This document shows, piece after piece, positions 1-9,764 of a stretch of DNA of 64,000 nucleotides (positions are counted from its first letter, which is position 1; each line of letters opens with the position of its first letter). The translations under genes were made by a program, and so were the position numbers. Source of the DNA: a bacterium (GTDB taxonomy: Bacteria > Patescibacteriota > Andersenbacteria > UBA10190 > CAIZMI01); assembly GCA_030647555.1 (NCBI GenBank), contig JAUSJG010000008.1:129467-193466 (forward strand), given 5' to 3'. Under the pieces are notes generated by a model. That model made no database searches, was not told the origin of the DNA, and saw only the letters and a program-made list of their open reading frames with translations.

Positions 1-847
1 GAACGTCACTATTCATTTGCGCAATATCTTCAAAGATGATGAGTTAGAAGAAAAAGCAACTTGTAAGGATTCCTTACAAGTTCAAAAAGAGGGTGGTAGA
101 GAAATTGAGCGTACGGTAAAGCTGTATAATCTCGATGTAATTATCGCTGTTGGTTATAGAATCAATTCTCTTGTAGGTACAAAATTCCGCCAATGGGCCA
201 CAAAAACACTGCGAAGCTACGTTGTTGACGGTTTCGTAATTAATAAAACGCGTATTGCAAAAAATTATTCGCATTTTTTGAGTGTTGTTGATAGTTTAAA
301 AGGGCTTCTTCCTGTCGATACCGATATAAAAGCCGGTGATGCTGTTGAACTGGTATCGCTTTTTGCGGACACGTGGTTGTCACTCGATGCTTATGATAGA
401 GAAGAATTACCGAAAGGAAAACTGACCAAAAAGAAAGTTGCGTTAACGATTGAAAAAATATCCGTTAGTCTTGCAGGGTTTAGAAAAGGATTGATCGATA
501 AATCAAGTGCCATGGAAATGTTCGGAGTGGAAAGAAATAGCGGTGCCGTGGCAAGTATTATCGGAAATGTTATGCAAACTTTTGGGGGGCGCGAACTGTA
601 CGCAAGTGTGGAAGAAAAAGCCGCGCATTTGCTGTATTTTATGGTGAAGAACCATCCGTTCACCGATGGTAATAAAAGAAATGGTGCTTTTGCGTTTGTG
701 TGGTATTTAAGGCAAGCAAACATCCTGGATGTTTCAAAAATTACACCGTCGGCGTTAACGGCTTTAACAATTCTCGTGGCTAGCAGTGATCCAAAAGAAA
801 AAGATAAGGTGGTGGCCTTGATTTTGAATTTGATTACGCGAAAATAG
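1..847 (+). CDS. RhuM-family N-terminal domain fused to a Doc/Fic-type C-terminal domain (5' end runs off the window)
   Basis: The reading frame is open to position 1, so the first Met/TTG at 17 is probably internal. The motif LYNLDVIIAVGYRINSLVGTKFRQWATKTLRSYVVDGF is typical of the RhuM/virulence-protein family. The C-terminal HPFTDGNKRNGAF matches the Doc signature HxFx(D/N)(A/G)NKR. Confidence 0.65.
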   Translation, partial: NVTIHLRNIFKDDELEEKATCKDSLQVQKEGGREIERTVKLYNLDVIIAVGYRINSLVGTKFRQWATKTLRSYVVDGFVINKTRIAKNYSHFLSVVDSLKGLLPVDTDIKAGDAVELVSLFADTWLSLDAYDREELPKGKLTKKKVALTIEKISVSLAGFRKGLIDKSSAMEMFGVERNSGAVASIIGNVMQTFGGRELYASVEEKAAHLLYFMVKNHPFTDGNKRNGAFAFVWYLRQANILDVSKITPSALTALTILVASSDPKEKDKVVALILNLITRK

Positions 848-996
848 AAAAACTTGTTTTGATAATGCGGTAAAATGATATTCGAATAGATGCCAATCAG
901 GGTCCGGCTCTGGCTGAAGCCTGTGAGGATCCTAAACGATTTACGCAACGATTGGCGCGGGCGGGATTGCGGTGACGACGACGAAACCTATCCCCG

Positions 997-1018
997 CCTT
1001 CCCTTGAATAAGGGAAGG
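997..1018. repeat. palindromic hairpin CCTTCCCTT-GAATAA-GGGAAGG, one member of a recurring SD-like hairpin family
   Basis: A perfect 8-9 bp stem. Related copies occur at 1777-1798 and 42595-42616. Confidence 0.4.
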
Positions 1019-1039
1019 AATCGCAACGACGCTGATTCC

Positions 1040-1110
1040 CGTCTTCAGGCGAGCCGTCGCATGCGAGCCTCGCTCTGAAGAGCGGGGCTCGCCCCGATGG
1101 GCGGCCTGCT
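1040..1110. repeat. GC-rich dispersed intergenic repeat (GCGAGCCTCGC...CCGATGGGCGG family), copy 1
   Basis: gcgagcctcgctctgaagagcggggctcgccccgatgggcgg. Related copies at 25855-25892 and 60240-60300 share the GCGAG(C/G)CTCGCC and CCGATGGGCGG / CGCTCTGA(A/T)GAGC blocks. Confidence 0.4.
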
Positions 1111-1148
1111 TCCCGTCTGTTGGCGGAGCAGGAATGATACTTCTTGTT

Positions 1149-1712
1149 TTATTGGGTGTCCGTCTTAGTTTCTTCTATTCTTGAGGAAATTATCGAACTG
1201 ATTTTGATTAATGATGGTGATGGCAGATAATTTTTTACTAATGTGAATATTACAATTGTATAGGTCATGTCTCCTATGATTGTGTTTTTCAAAAATGGAA
1301 GGGCGTTGATGTAGCAATATATTAAACCGGCGAAAGTTGGTTGGTACATTCCCGACGTTAACCAGACGACAAAATTTGTGATGACGTAAAAAAGCAGGGA
1401 ACTGGCCAGAGCTACCGCCGGGATTTTCCAGAAACCACGCTTGCGGAGGAATGTTCCAAGTAATGTTGCTATGGCGAATGAACCATAGACGGCCAACGTG
1501 ATGGGCCACGGGCTAAACCCGATGAAGAAGTCGGAAATTGCCATTGCAACGAGCGGTAGAATTAGTGATTTTGGAAATTTGTACATTGTGCCACTAAGTA
1601 GGGCGACGGCCGCGATGGGGGCCAAATTTGGCGCGTGGGGGATAAGACGGGCCAGAACGGCTAAGGTGATGAGGCCGATTGGTAGGATAAGTGGTAATAT
1701 TTTTTTAAGCAT
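1149..1712 (-). CDS. polytopic membrane protein (5-6 predicted TM helices; possibly an ECF-type substrate-capture component)
   Basis: A 187-aa hydrophobic ORF adjacent to the DUF4430 genes. No diagnostic motif was seen. Confidence 0.4.
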   Translation of the reverse strand: MLKKILPLILPIGLITLAVLARLIPHAPNLAPIAAVALLSGTMYKFPKSLILPLVAMAISDFFIGFSPWPITLAVYGSFAIATLLGTFLRKRGFWKIPAVALASSLLFYVITNFVVWLTSGMYQPTFAGLIYCYINALPFLKNTIIGDMTYTIVIFTLVKNYLPSPSLIKISSIISSRIEETKTDTQ

Positions 1713-1776
1713 AGGGTTGATGATAATGGTTAGGTTAAGATTTTGGAAGGACGGTAACGACTGAATCCCTCCCAGC

Positions 1777-1798
1777 CTCCCTTTGAATAAAGGGAGGA
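1777..1798. repeat. palindromic hairpin CCTCCCTTT-GAATAA-AGGGAGG
   Basis: Perfect inverted repeat with the same loop as the 997 copy. It lies between two minus-strand genes. Confidence 0.4.
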
Positions 1799-1820
1799 GA
1801 CGACTCGTAAAGACTGGTGA

Positions 1821-3773
1821 TTAAAACATTGGGCGGAGTTTACCAATTAGTCTGGTAAGTGCGACACCGATGCCAATGTTGGTGAAACTTAATCCCAGCA
1901 TGAAAGCGCTATTATTTTCTTTCTGTTTTTGGGCGGGCTGAACCGGTGTGGGCGCAACAGTGGTACTCGGTGTTGGGGTGGCGATAATTTCCGCACCAGC
2001 AACACGGCCTGTTTTTGATGAATTATTTTTACGCGTTAGAGGCGCGGTGGCGGGTATAATTGTTGGTGTGGCGTTGACGTTTATAATTGGGTTGATAATT
2101 TTTGGAGAAGCGGATGGTGTCGTAGCTGGAGTGGGACTTGGTGATGCAACAGTGTTGCTTGTTGTGACGCGAAGTTTTGTGACTGGTAATGGTGTATACA
2201 ATAACGCCGGAATTGCGTAAGCCGTCATAAATGCCGAGACGTCATCTTTTGTTTTCCACCCAAAACCGCCGTTGGAATTTTGGTAAGAAACTAACGCGGT
2301 GATTGGATTTTTGTTTGATTTATTCCAATCTGTCGGATCTTCGTTCAAGGCGATGATCGCTTGGATTCCCCAAGCGGTAGTGGCGGAATTTTCTCCGAAG
2401 CCACCGTTACTGTCCTGGTTGTCTTTTAAATATTTTTTTGCTTTGTCAATATTATTATCAATGTTTACATCGCCGTCGTTTTGTTTATAACGTCTTAATG
2501 CTTGAATAGTCGCGGCTGTCAGATCGATGTTTTCCCAACCTCCGTTGCTGTTTTGTTTTTTTAATAATGTGGATATGGAATCGTTTAGATAACTGGAATT
2601 TGCCGGTTCGTCCGCGGCAAGCAAAGCGAGGATGCCAAAAATATCATCATTTAATAAAGTTGTTTCTCCGAATTGATTGTCGTGATATTTGGTTTTGAGA
2701 AGTTGTACATAATCTATGCCTTGATAATTGCGTGGATTTTGGCCGGTGGCGCGGAGCGCGAGGATTAATCTTTCGATGTCTGTGGCCGATTCCGGTTTTG
2801 TTTTTAATAAAGAAGAAAGCAACGACGCCCCATCTCTTTTAATTGTCTCTCCGCGGTCTTCGTTGGCACCAAAAGCGATCGCGCTCCAGATTGAAGTTGT
2901 AATTCCTTCTATGCTTCCGTCATTTTCTTGGTGGTCGCGTAAAAAGGTTAACGCTTTTTTTGCTGTAGCAATGCGATCAATTGTTTCTGGGGACGGCGTG
3001 GGCGTAGGTGATGGCGTTGGACTTGGGGTGCTTGTGGGTGACGGGGTGGGTGAAGGTGTCTCGGTTGGGGTTGGCTGAGGACCGGCCTCGGCAATCAACG
3101 TATGGGTGCTACGTACAAAACCCTCGCCATCCGCCCACATATCATTGCTTGTGTCGGAAAGGGTCGCTGTCAATGTTCCGCTTTCCGGAATAATAAGCGA
3201 GAGTTTATTAATATGGAGAGTGGCTCCTACAGCGGGTTCCCATGTGCCGTGCCAAACATAGTTTGCGTCGGTTGTGCCGGTGCGTTTTTCTATTTTTATT
3301 GTTATTGGTTGGCCGACTTTTGCATCACTAGGAATAGTGACGCGCAGAGGAACTCCCGGATAACTGGAATAAGCGAGAAGGATATTGTCGTTCGCGTTTG
3401 GGGCGTATGAATCAAGGCCCATGCTCGCAGAATCGTCATTAAGCCAAAAACCCCAGGATTTTGAGAAATCAGTTGGCGTATCGTCCGTGCCAATCTTGGT
3501 TAGGAATAAGCCAAAACCATAATCTTGAAAAGAGTAATCAAAATGATTTTTATTGGCTGCTTCAAGAACACCACACGCGGCCGATTTTGCGTATATATGT
3601 TCTTTGCCTGCTGAATCGGTAATGACGCACGCGTCGATTGAAACTGGTCCGTCGAAATAGGTTTGGGTACTGCCTTCAATACGGAGGTTAAAAGTGGTTT
3701 GTGCGTTAGTCGGAGATGCCAAAAAAGCGATAAAGGATAAATAGAGGATTATTAAAGGAGAAAAACGGCGCAT
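1821..3773 (-). CDS. secreted cell-surface protein: signal peptide, DUF4430-like domain, Pro/Thr-rich linkers, prenyltransferase-like (alpha/alpha-toroid) GG[WF] repeats, C-terminal TM anchor
   Basis: The N-terminus MRRFSPLIILYLSFIAFLASPTNAQ looks like a signal peptide. There are two Pro/Thr-rich linkers (PTPTETPSPTPSPTSTPSPTPSPTPTPSP and ASPSPTPATTPSASP). Motifs NSNGGWEN, DSNGGFGEN and NSNGGFGW recur. The C-terminus has a hydrophobic anchor. Confidence 0.6.
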   Translation of the reverse strand: MRRFSPLIILYLSFIAFLASPTNAQTTFNLRIEGSTQTYFDGPVSIDACVITDSAGKEHIYAKSAACGVLEAANKNHFDYSFQDYGFGLFLTKIGTDDTPTDFSKSWGFWLNDDSASMGLDSYAPNANDNILLAYSSYPGVPLRVTIPSDAKVGQPITIKIEKRTGTTDANYVWHGTWEPAVGATLHINKLSLIIPESGTLTATLSDTSNDMWADGEGFVRSTHTLIAEAGPQPTPTETPSPTPSPTSTPSPTPSPTPTPSPETIDRIATAKKALTFLRDHQENDGSIEGITTSIWSAIAFGANEDRGETIKRDGASLLSSLLKTKPESATDIERLILALRATGQNPRNYQGIDYVQLLKTKYHDNQFGETTLLNDDIFGILALLAADEPANSSYLNDSISTLLKKQNSNGGWENIDLTAATIQALRRYKQNDGDVNIDNNIDKAKKYLKDNQDSNGGFGENSATTAWGIQAIIALNEDPTDWNKSNKNPITALVSYQNSNGGFGWKTKDDVSAFMTAYAIPALLYTPLPVTKLRVTTSNTVASPSPTPATTPSASPKIINPIINVNATPTIIPATAPLTRKNNSSKTGRVAGAEIIATPTPSTTVAPTPVQPAQKQKENNSAFMLGLSFTNIGIGVALTRLIGKLRPMF

Positions 3774-3776
3774 ATT

Positions 3777-4337
3777 TTAGAGTGTCGTGTTTTCGAATTT
3801 CCACGTGATTGTGTCGCCTGGCAAAACTGTTGCGGTGGATGCACCAACGGCAGAGCGAACGTTGTTTACATAAAGTGTCCAGTATTTCTGATTTTTCGTG
3901 TCATTGGAAATATTATTAATTCCTTCGATTAATAATCCAAGCGGTGCCCCGTAATCTTTGGTCTTTAAAATTAAGCCTTGTTGTTGAGCAAGTTTCATTG
4001 CCTCGATTACTGTGATCTTTTTTGACGCCGTTATTTTATAAGAAAAATTATTAGTTGGTCCCTGAAAGTTTAGGGTGATGATTTGACCGGCTGGTATCGG
4101 GGTTGTGCTTGGTTTTGTGGTAACAGCAATTGCCGGTGGTTCAATGCTTGAAGCGGGTGTAGGAGTTGCGATTAGCTCTATTTTGTCTGCAACGCTAGGA
4201 GTTGGTGTGGACTGAATTTTAGAACTTTCTTGTTTGTGCCAAATTCTTGTCGCGAGAAACAGGGCTAACGGAATTAATATTATGAGCGTGATAAGTTCAA
4301 TACTTAGAGCGCGAAAACGGTTTTGTTGTTGGGGCAT
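3777..4337 (-). CDS. membrane-anchored DUF4430-domain protein
   Basis: The C-terminal block ITLNFQGP...VIEAMKLAQQQGL...YGAPLGLLIEGINNI...YWTLYVNN...VLPGDTITWKFE matches the DUF4430 pattern. The N-terminus has a TM helix followed by a Thr/Pro linker. Confidence 0.65.
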   Translation of the reverse strand: MPQQQNRFRALSIELITLIILIPLALFLATRIWHKQESSKIQSTPTPSVADKIELIATPTPASSIEPPAIAVTTKPSTTPIPAGQIITLNFQGPTNNFSYKITASKKITVIEAMKLAQQQGLILKTKDYGAPLGLLIEGINNISNDTKNQKYWTLYVNNVRSAVGASTATVLPGDTITWKFENTTL

Positions 4338-4691
4338 ATTGTTCGATTAATAAAAAAATACCGTTCTTTCGAACAGAATTTAGTAATGTATTTGGACACA
4401 AATACATTCTTTTCCTGCTCGGGAGAAATTGATCTAGCTAAGGACCGGACTTCCCAGGACAAACCTGGGTATACCGTTGCGGCACAGCGCGGGATTTTCA
4501 CCCGCTTCACTTAAATAGACTTTGAGTTTTTAAACTACAAAACTAGTTTAACGAGAGTTGGGGAAGTCGTCAAACGAGTTGCGATTTAAACATTGAATAT
4601 TGGAAATTATTTGAAAATTGAAAATTTGGGGGCTTATGTAATCGAACACACTAAAAATCAGACAAGAATAATATTTAGAGAGTGCTGTTTG

Positions 4692-6374
4692 TTATTTTTC
4701 CAGTGGCTTATTGTTGATTTTTTTGAAGGCAAAAATGCCGAATTCGCTATAGACCATTTCATAGGCTTTGTCTTCTTTATATCGATCGATGTATTCGGTC
4801 ATTTCGCCTTTATGTAATGGCCAGGTGTTAAATTGGTCGCTTAATACTACCCATTGTGGTTGCTTTGGTAATGGGTCGGGGAAATTGTAGATATATTGGC
4901 GGGTACTTAATTGAGGAACGAGCCCGCTGGCGGCCGAAACCGATTTGTTTTTTGGAATCATTTCTTTAACGATATCAAGGGCACCGGCGGCAAGGCGGGG
5001 TTGGTAACGTGTTTCGGTGAATTCGGGACGACCAAGTTGGTGAAGTGGTAGATCACTGTCTTTCCAGGAAGAATAATAAGTGCCGGTTAAAAGTCCGACA
5101 CAGATTAAAACTATCGCCAAAAATTTAATATAGATATTTGTTGAAAAATGCTTGAGTACTTTTAAAATGTTTGATGCGCCGAGAATTGTTGAGTAACAAA
5201 GAATACTGGCCAGGCTGGCGTTGTAGTGAAAATCTAAGAGATGGCGTTGATATTCCGGACTCAAAAAGCGCGCGACCAGATTTGGTGCCGTCATCAAGTA
5301 GGCCACTGGGCTTAATAATGGCAGATAGCCGTATGATTGAAGCAGGTGGCGGAATGTGTTGCGGTTTACTTGAGTGGCAAAGATTTCTTTTACAAGATTA
5401 ATCGGATGCGAGATAAGCCATATTGCCAAATGTAATGGTCCTTTTTCTGATCCGGCGGCGTCAAAATAGGTGAGGGCACCGCCACCGGGTGTCCATTTTG
5501 GCATTATTACGTATGTGACGGCGAAGAAATAGATGAGGGAAATAATGATAAGAATAAAGGCGGGGGTGGAGATTTTGTTGAAAAAATCTCGCGGGTGGAC
5601 CACCCATCGCTCTCTTGAGCTACGGAGTGGCGCGGCGGGGACGTCCGCCCCTACGTTATTACGTTTCGTAAAAACGACGCGATTTATGTATCGATATATC
5701 GATACAATTATTTTTTTCAGGAAACCTGTTTCAAATAAAATAATATAAATGCCAAACATTACATAAAATAAGGCCGCGTCTTCGCGGGAAATTAAGCCCA
5801 AAATAACGGTGAACCAAAACAAAGTATGTTTTTTGAAATACCAGGCATAAAAAGACCACGCTAAAATTGCAGACGTTAGGACATTGGCGTGAAAATCAAA
5901 ATTCAAAGCGTATTGAATGCCAAAAAACAGTAGGTATGAAAAAAGAATGCTCAAAGAAAATAAAATATTTTTAATTTTATCTTGGGCAATTTTATATAGT
6001 GCCCAGCCGGCGGTTGTGATCGCAATCGCTTGTATCATGATTAGCATTCGCGGATCCTGCCAAAGCGCGAAGATTGGTGCCAATAAAAGCATAATGAAGT
6101 GGGCGTGATCGCCCCAGGCCACCTGACCTTTTAGGGTGTTGAAGGGTGGGATATTGCCGTTGTTGATGTTGTAGAGGATTTGGGTGTAGGTGCCCAGGTC
6201 CACGCCGTTATGGAGGTGGATTTCGTTGGTGATTCCGAGTCGAATATATTGGATGGTGAAAAACCCGATTAGAATCCAAGGCAACCAAGGCAAAATATGT
6301 TTTCCAATATTAACCGCGATAACGCGTATTTTAATCATTATGGTAATGGTAGCAAGGGAGTAGGCGATTATCAA
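4692..6374 (-). CDS. DUF2079-like polytopic membrane protein (putative membrane glycosyltransferase-like)
   Basis: A 560-aa ORF with many TM segments. The motif GDHAHFIMLLLAP and the overall layout resemble the DUF2079 family. Confidence 0.45.
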   Translation of the reverse strand: MIIAYSLATITIMIKIRVIAVNIGKHILPWLPWILIGFFTIQYIRLGITNEIHLHNGVDLGTYTQILYNINNGNIPPFNTLKGQVAWGDHAHFIMLLLAPIFALWQDPRMLIMIQAIAITTAGWALYKIAQDKIKNILFSLSILFSYLLFFGIQYALNFDFHANVLTSAILAWSFYAWYFKKHTLFWFTVILGLISREDAALFYVMFGIYIILFETGFLKKIIVSIYRYINRVVFTKRNNVGADVPAAPLRSSRERWVVHPRDFFNKISTPAFILIIISLIYFFAVTYVIMPKWTPGGGALTYFDAAGSEKGPLHLAIWLISHPINLVKEIFATQVNRNTFRHLLQSYGYLPLLSPVAYLMTAPNLVARFLSPEYQRHLLDFHYNASLASILCYSTILGASNILKVLKHFSTNIYIKFLAIVLICVGLLTGTYYSSWKDSDLPLHQLGRPEFTETRYQPRLAAGALDIVKEMIPKNKSVSAASGLVPQLSTRQYIYNFPDPLPKQPQWVVLSDQFNTWPLHKGEMTEYIDRYKEDKAYEMVYSEFGIFAFKKINNKPLEK

Positions 6375-6472
6375 TCAGGGGTCGTCCCTTTTTTCAAAAA
6401 AGGGACGACCCCTGATAAAAACAACGAAAATGTTGTATAATTCCTTAAGACTATTAATAATTATTTACCACT

Positions 6473-6937
6473 ATGCTCAAACGTATTTTTATGGTGCCAC
6501 CGCTAATTCTTCTGTTGTCTTTGCTTGTTGCGTTGATATTTTCTTTCTATTTACCGCTTTATCGTATTAATAATTCTGTCTATCAAGGGTTTGGTTATGT
6601 TTTTATTTTATTCGGACTAATTCTGGATTTTTGGTCTCTGTCGGAATTTAGGAAAGCTAAAACAACTATTATCCCCAGTGGTAAGCCGACTTTTTTAATT
6701 ATGAGCGGGCCGTTTGCTTTCAGTCGTAACGCGATTTATCTTGGGTATGTTTTAATTCTTGTTGGACTTGCAATTATTATTCAAAGTCTTGCGGCGTTTA
6801 TTGCGCCAATTTTGATGTTCTTGGCGATGAATATTTACACTATTCCGGAGGAGGAAAAAATTCTTTTCAATGAATTTGGGGTTGAATATAATACATATAA
6901 AGAAAAAGTTAGACGTTGGTTTGGCGCGGGGAAGTAG
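6473..6937 (+). CDS. isoprenylcysteine carboxyl methyltransferase (ICMT)-family membrane methyltransferase
   Basis: GPFAFSRNAIYLGYVL ... IPEEEKILFNEFGVEYNTYKEKVRRW is the ICMT / phospholipid-methyltransferase C-terminal signature. Confidence 0.7.
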   Translation: MLKRIFMVPPLILLLSLLVALIFSFYLPLYRINNSVYQGFGYVFILFGLILDFWSLSEFRKAKTTIIPSGKPTFLIMSGPFAFSRNAIYLGYVLILVGLAIIIQSLAAFIAPILMFLAMNIYTIPEEEKILFNEFGVEYNTYKEKVRRWFGAGK

Positions 6938-6955
6938 GAGGCGAACCGAGTGTGT

Positions 6956-7055
6956 AAGGTCGGACTTTGCGAAAAGGTCCGACCCTGTCTGGTGGCGCCG
7001 GCGACCAATGCGGGTCGGACCTTTATGAATAAAAGTCCGACCCGAGGCTCATTAT
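6956..7055. repeat. double-hairpin dispersed element (GTCGGAC-loop-GTCCGAC x2), copy 1
   Basis: aaggtcggactttgcgaaaaggtccgaccctgtctggtgg ... ccaatgcgggtcggacctttatgaataaaagtccgacccgag. It is nearly identical in layout to the 30369-30452 copy. Confidence 0.55.
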
Positions 7056-7399
7056 TTAATTATCACCCAGGCGAGTAATACGGAAATTAGTATCAGAAAC
7101 CAAGAGCGGATATCGCCTTGAATTAAAACGACGGAGCAGAAGATTGGGGTTGCGATTAGCAAGATAGTATGTATGATTTTTCCTCCGGTCGGTTTTGTTT
7201 GTTCCGGTTTGTTGTTTAGTTTTACAGTTTCTGTAATGTAGAAAATAAGAAGTGATATGGCGAACAAAATTACCGCAAACTGATTTGTTTCACTGGTGTA
7301 AGAAAAAAGCGCGGTGAAAAAGAACACAAAAATCGCACTGATAAAAAGCCCGGTTGAAATACCTAAAAGCATTGTTCGATTGTATTTAATCAATTTCAT
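7052..7399 (-). CDS. small membrane protein (3 TM), hypothetical
   Basis: A hydrophobic 115-aa ORF whose start overlaps the upstream gene by 4 nt. Confidence 0.35.
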   Translation of the reverse strand: MKLIKYNRTMLLGISTGLFISAIFVFFFTALFSYTSETNQFAVILFAISLLIFYITETVKLNNKPEQTKPTGGKIIHTILLIATPIFCSVVLIQGDIRSWFLILISVLLAWVIIK

Positions 7400-8253
7400 A
7401 TTTGTGGAAATGGGCGAAAAATAAACAGCTTAAGCGTTTCTTTGAGGGATGTGGAAATTTCCGAAAAACTTGGCGGTAGTGGGGAAATTGTGGCGTTGAT
7501 GTCGCGGTACATTACGACCGGCGTGATATCTCCCTGTGAAAAACTGAAATACATTATGTCGAACGAGCCGTCCGGATTTTGGTAAGCGTTATCTAGCGCA
7601 AAATTGAGTTTACTGGTTTGAAAGGTAGTGTCTTTAATGGGGATGTAGTCGGCGTAAATGGCGTGGTAGGCTTTTAAATCTGTCCAGTATTGAAAAGGAA
7701 TGGTGTGGCAAGTGTTTTCCGGGCATTCAAACTTAGTTGTTCCGTATAACCCTATGGCGCCTTCTTTTGGCGGATTGTTTATGAAATCGTCAAACGTCGC
7801 GTAGTCGTTTCCGTAAAACGGACTAAGGAAAATTGTTTGACCGTTTTTTTCTAACGTTTTCCACTTTTTCTTTGTATTGAAAACCAGATCGTCCAATATT
7901 TTATTACGAATGGGTTTGCGTTCATAATCCAGCCAAAAAGAACTTTTGCGTAAACCGGCCTCAAGAACGGACGCGCCGTCCAGTTGGTAGTTGGTGCTTA
8001 AGGTTAGTTCTTTGCCAATTTTGTAGGCACTGTAGGGTACGCGCAGGTGAGCAAGTCCGTCATTAACAGTTATTCTGCTGTTGCCGTAAACATATGGAAC
8101 ACCGTTCACTGTTTCCAGTGCTCCAAAATCGGATTTATTGTTTGCAAAATCAGTTTGATATTTACGCAATTTGGCGAAATTGAAAAAGAAAATCAAACCA
8201 CACACAAGCAATGCAACAAAAGACGCGTGCAGGATAATAATTATTTTTTTCAT
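7396..8253 (-). CDS. hypothetical N-terminally anchored extracytoplasmic protein
   Basis: A 285-aa ORF with an N-terminal TM/signal anchor, overlapping the flippase gene by 4 nt. Confidence 0.4.
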   Translation of the reverse strand: MKKIIIILHASFVALLVCGLIFFFNFAKLRKYQTDFANNKSDFGALETVNGVPYVYGNSRITVNDGLAHLRVPYSAYKIGKELTLSTNYQLDGASVLEAGLRKSSFWLDYERKPIRNKILDDLVFNTKKKWKTLEKNGQTIFLSPFYGNDYATFDDFINNPPKEGAIGLYGTTKFECPENTCHTIPFQYWTDLKAYHAIYADYIPIKDTTFQTSKLNFALDNAYQNPDGSFDIMYFSFSQGDITPVVMYRDINATISPLPPSFSEISTSLKETLKLFIFRPFPQI

Positions 8254-9764
8254 GGTGATATTATTGTCCCCTCATTCTCGGAATTAGCAGTTTTGTTTTT
8301 TGGAATTAATGTTTTTACGTGTTTCAGATCGTCTTTGCTTAGTTCACCGAGGGCAACCAAGACTAGAATGTATAAAATAACCAGAGCAACATAAATGAGT
8401 GGCATAAATAACGGTCGGACATTAATAAAATAGGTTGGTAATACCATTATAATTGTCGCCGTAAGTCCTTTAAATAACGTATTGAGCGGGAAGGATAAGC
8501 GGAAACGTTTGATCATATAGCCGGCCATAATCGTGGTGCCGATAACGGCGGTAATAATCGTTGAAAGCGCTGCTCCTTCAAGACCAAAGCGAGGGATTAA
8601 AAATGAGCCAAGCACTATGTCGAATGGCAACATTGACCAAGCGATAATTAGCGGAACGCGCGCTTTGTTTGCCCCGGCGGCGATTGTGGAAAGAAGATAA
8701 AAAGCGGATAGCAGGCCGAGCGCCACCATTAGTAAGGTGAGGGGTTGCGCGGCGGGTTCGTAAACTTTTGAATAGAAAAGATGCACCAAACTTTTGCTGG
8801 TTGCGGCGGCAAGGACGGTGACGGGAAGCAGTAATAGATATAGATAACGGAATATTACGCGAATAAAGTCGCGCGCCAAGTCTTCATTTTCTTTCATCAG
8901 GCGAGCGATGCTCGGCAAGAAAATAAAGCCGAGGGCTTGTAAAATAAAATATGGAATACGGGAAAGCGTGGAGGCGGCATTATAGTAGCCAGCCAGCGTG
9001 TCGTCGTGTAAAAACTTTTTTACCAAGAAGAGATCGGTGCTCATAAGAATTTGCAAAGCAATAGCGGTGCCAACAACCGCGCCGGCGAATGTTAATAATT
9101 TATTTAGCGGAAACGGTTTTTGGAAGTGTTTGCGGGTTGCTCTGTAAACAAACGGCGCACCGATGAGTGAAGCAATTGCGCCACCGACGGCAAAACCGCT
9201 CAATGCGCCATAAACGCGAAACGGCACGAGTAGGCCGACAGATCCCGCCAGTTTCGCGAAAGAATATAGAAGAACGATTGATGCTTGCAAAGCAAAAGCA
9301 TGGAGACCGTTGAAATAATTTGTGATGACGGAATAAATAGCTGTTAACGGATAGACGATGGCCGTGAAGGCGATAATGGGCGCGAGGGAGGCATCGCCTA
9401 ATATAGAGGCAATCGGTTTGGAAAAAATGATCGTTCCAAGGGAAAGAATAATTGCGAGACACAATTGGCCGATTAATGCCGATTTGAGAATGGCGCCACT
9501 GTTTGCTTCGTCTTGGGCGACTTCTTTGGAAACGGCAATGGGAATACCCAGTGTTATTAACATATTTAGAATTGTCATAAAAGAGAGGACGATTCCATAA
9601 ACGCCGTAAAGCGAAGGTCCGCCAAGTTTTCCGACTAAGATGTGGGTGATGTAGCCAAGGCCCAATAACACCGCTTGTGCCGATGAAAGGAGGAGTGCGC
9701 CGGATAACCGAGAGGTGCGGTGTATTTTTATGGTGTTTTGGCGCTGATTCATGTGTGTCGGCAT
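8250..9764 (-). CDS. polysaccharide biosynthesis / oligosaccharide flippase (Wzx, PST family)
   Basis: A 504-aa polytopic membrane protein. The N-terminus LGYITHILVGKLGGPSLYGVYGIVLSFMTILNMLITLGIPIAVSKEVA is typical of the PST family. Confidence 0.65.
   Translation of the reverse strand: MPTHMNQRQNTIKIHRTSRLSGALLLSSAQAVLLGLGYITHILVGKLGGPSLYGVYGIVLSFMTILNMLITLGIPIAVSKEVAQDEANSGAILKSALIGQLCLAIILSLGTIIFSKPIASILGDASLAPIIAFTAIVYPLTAIYSVITNYFNGLHAFALQASIVLLYSFAKLAGSVGLLVPFRVYGALSGFAVGGAIASLIGAPFVYRATRKHFQKPFPLNKLLTFAGAVVGTAIALQILMSTDLFLVKKFLHDDTLAGYYNAASTLSRIPYFILQALGFIFLPSIARLMKENEDLARDFIRVIFRYLYLLLLPVTVLAAATSKSLVHLFYSKVYEPAAQPLTLLMVALGLLSAFYLLSTIAAGANKARVPLIIAWSMLPFDIVLGSFLIPRFGLEGAALSTIITAVIGTTIMAGYMIKRFRLSFPLNTLFKGLTATIIMVLPTYFINVRPLFMPLIYVALVILYILVLVALGELSKDDLKHVKTLIPKNKTANSENEGTIISP

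Noticed and set aside
4430-4520. tRNA-like hairpins (gcgggattttcacccgc, anticodon-loop-like) in the DUF4430 upstream region
   Set aside because: The loop has C at position 37, and no acceptor or T-arm partners are present. It is probably a promoter-region hairpin.
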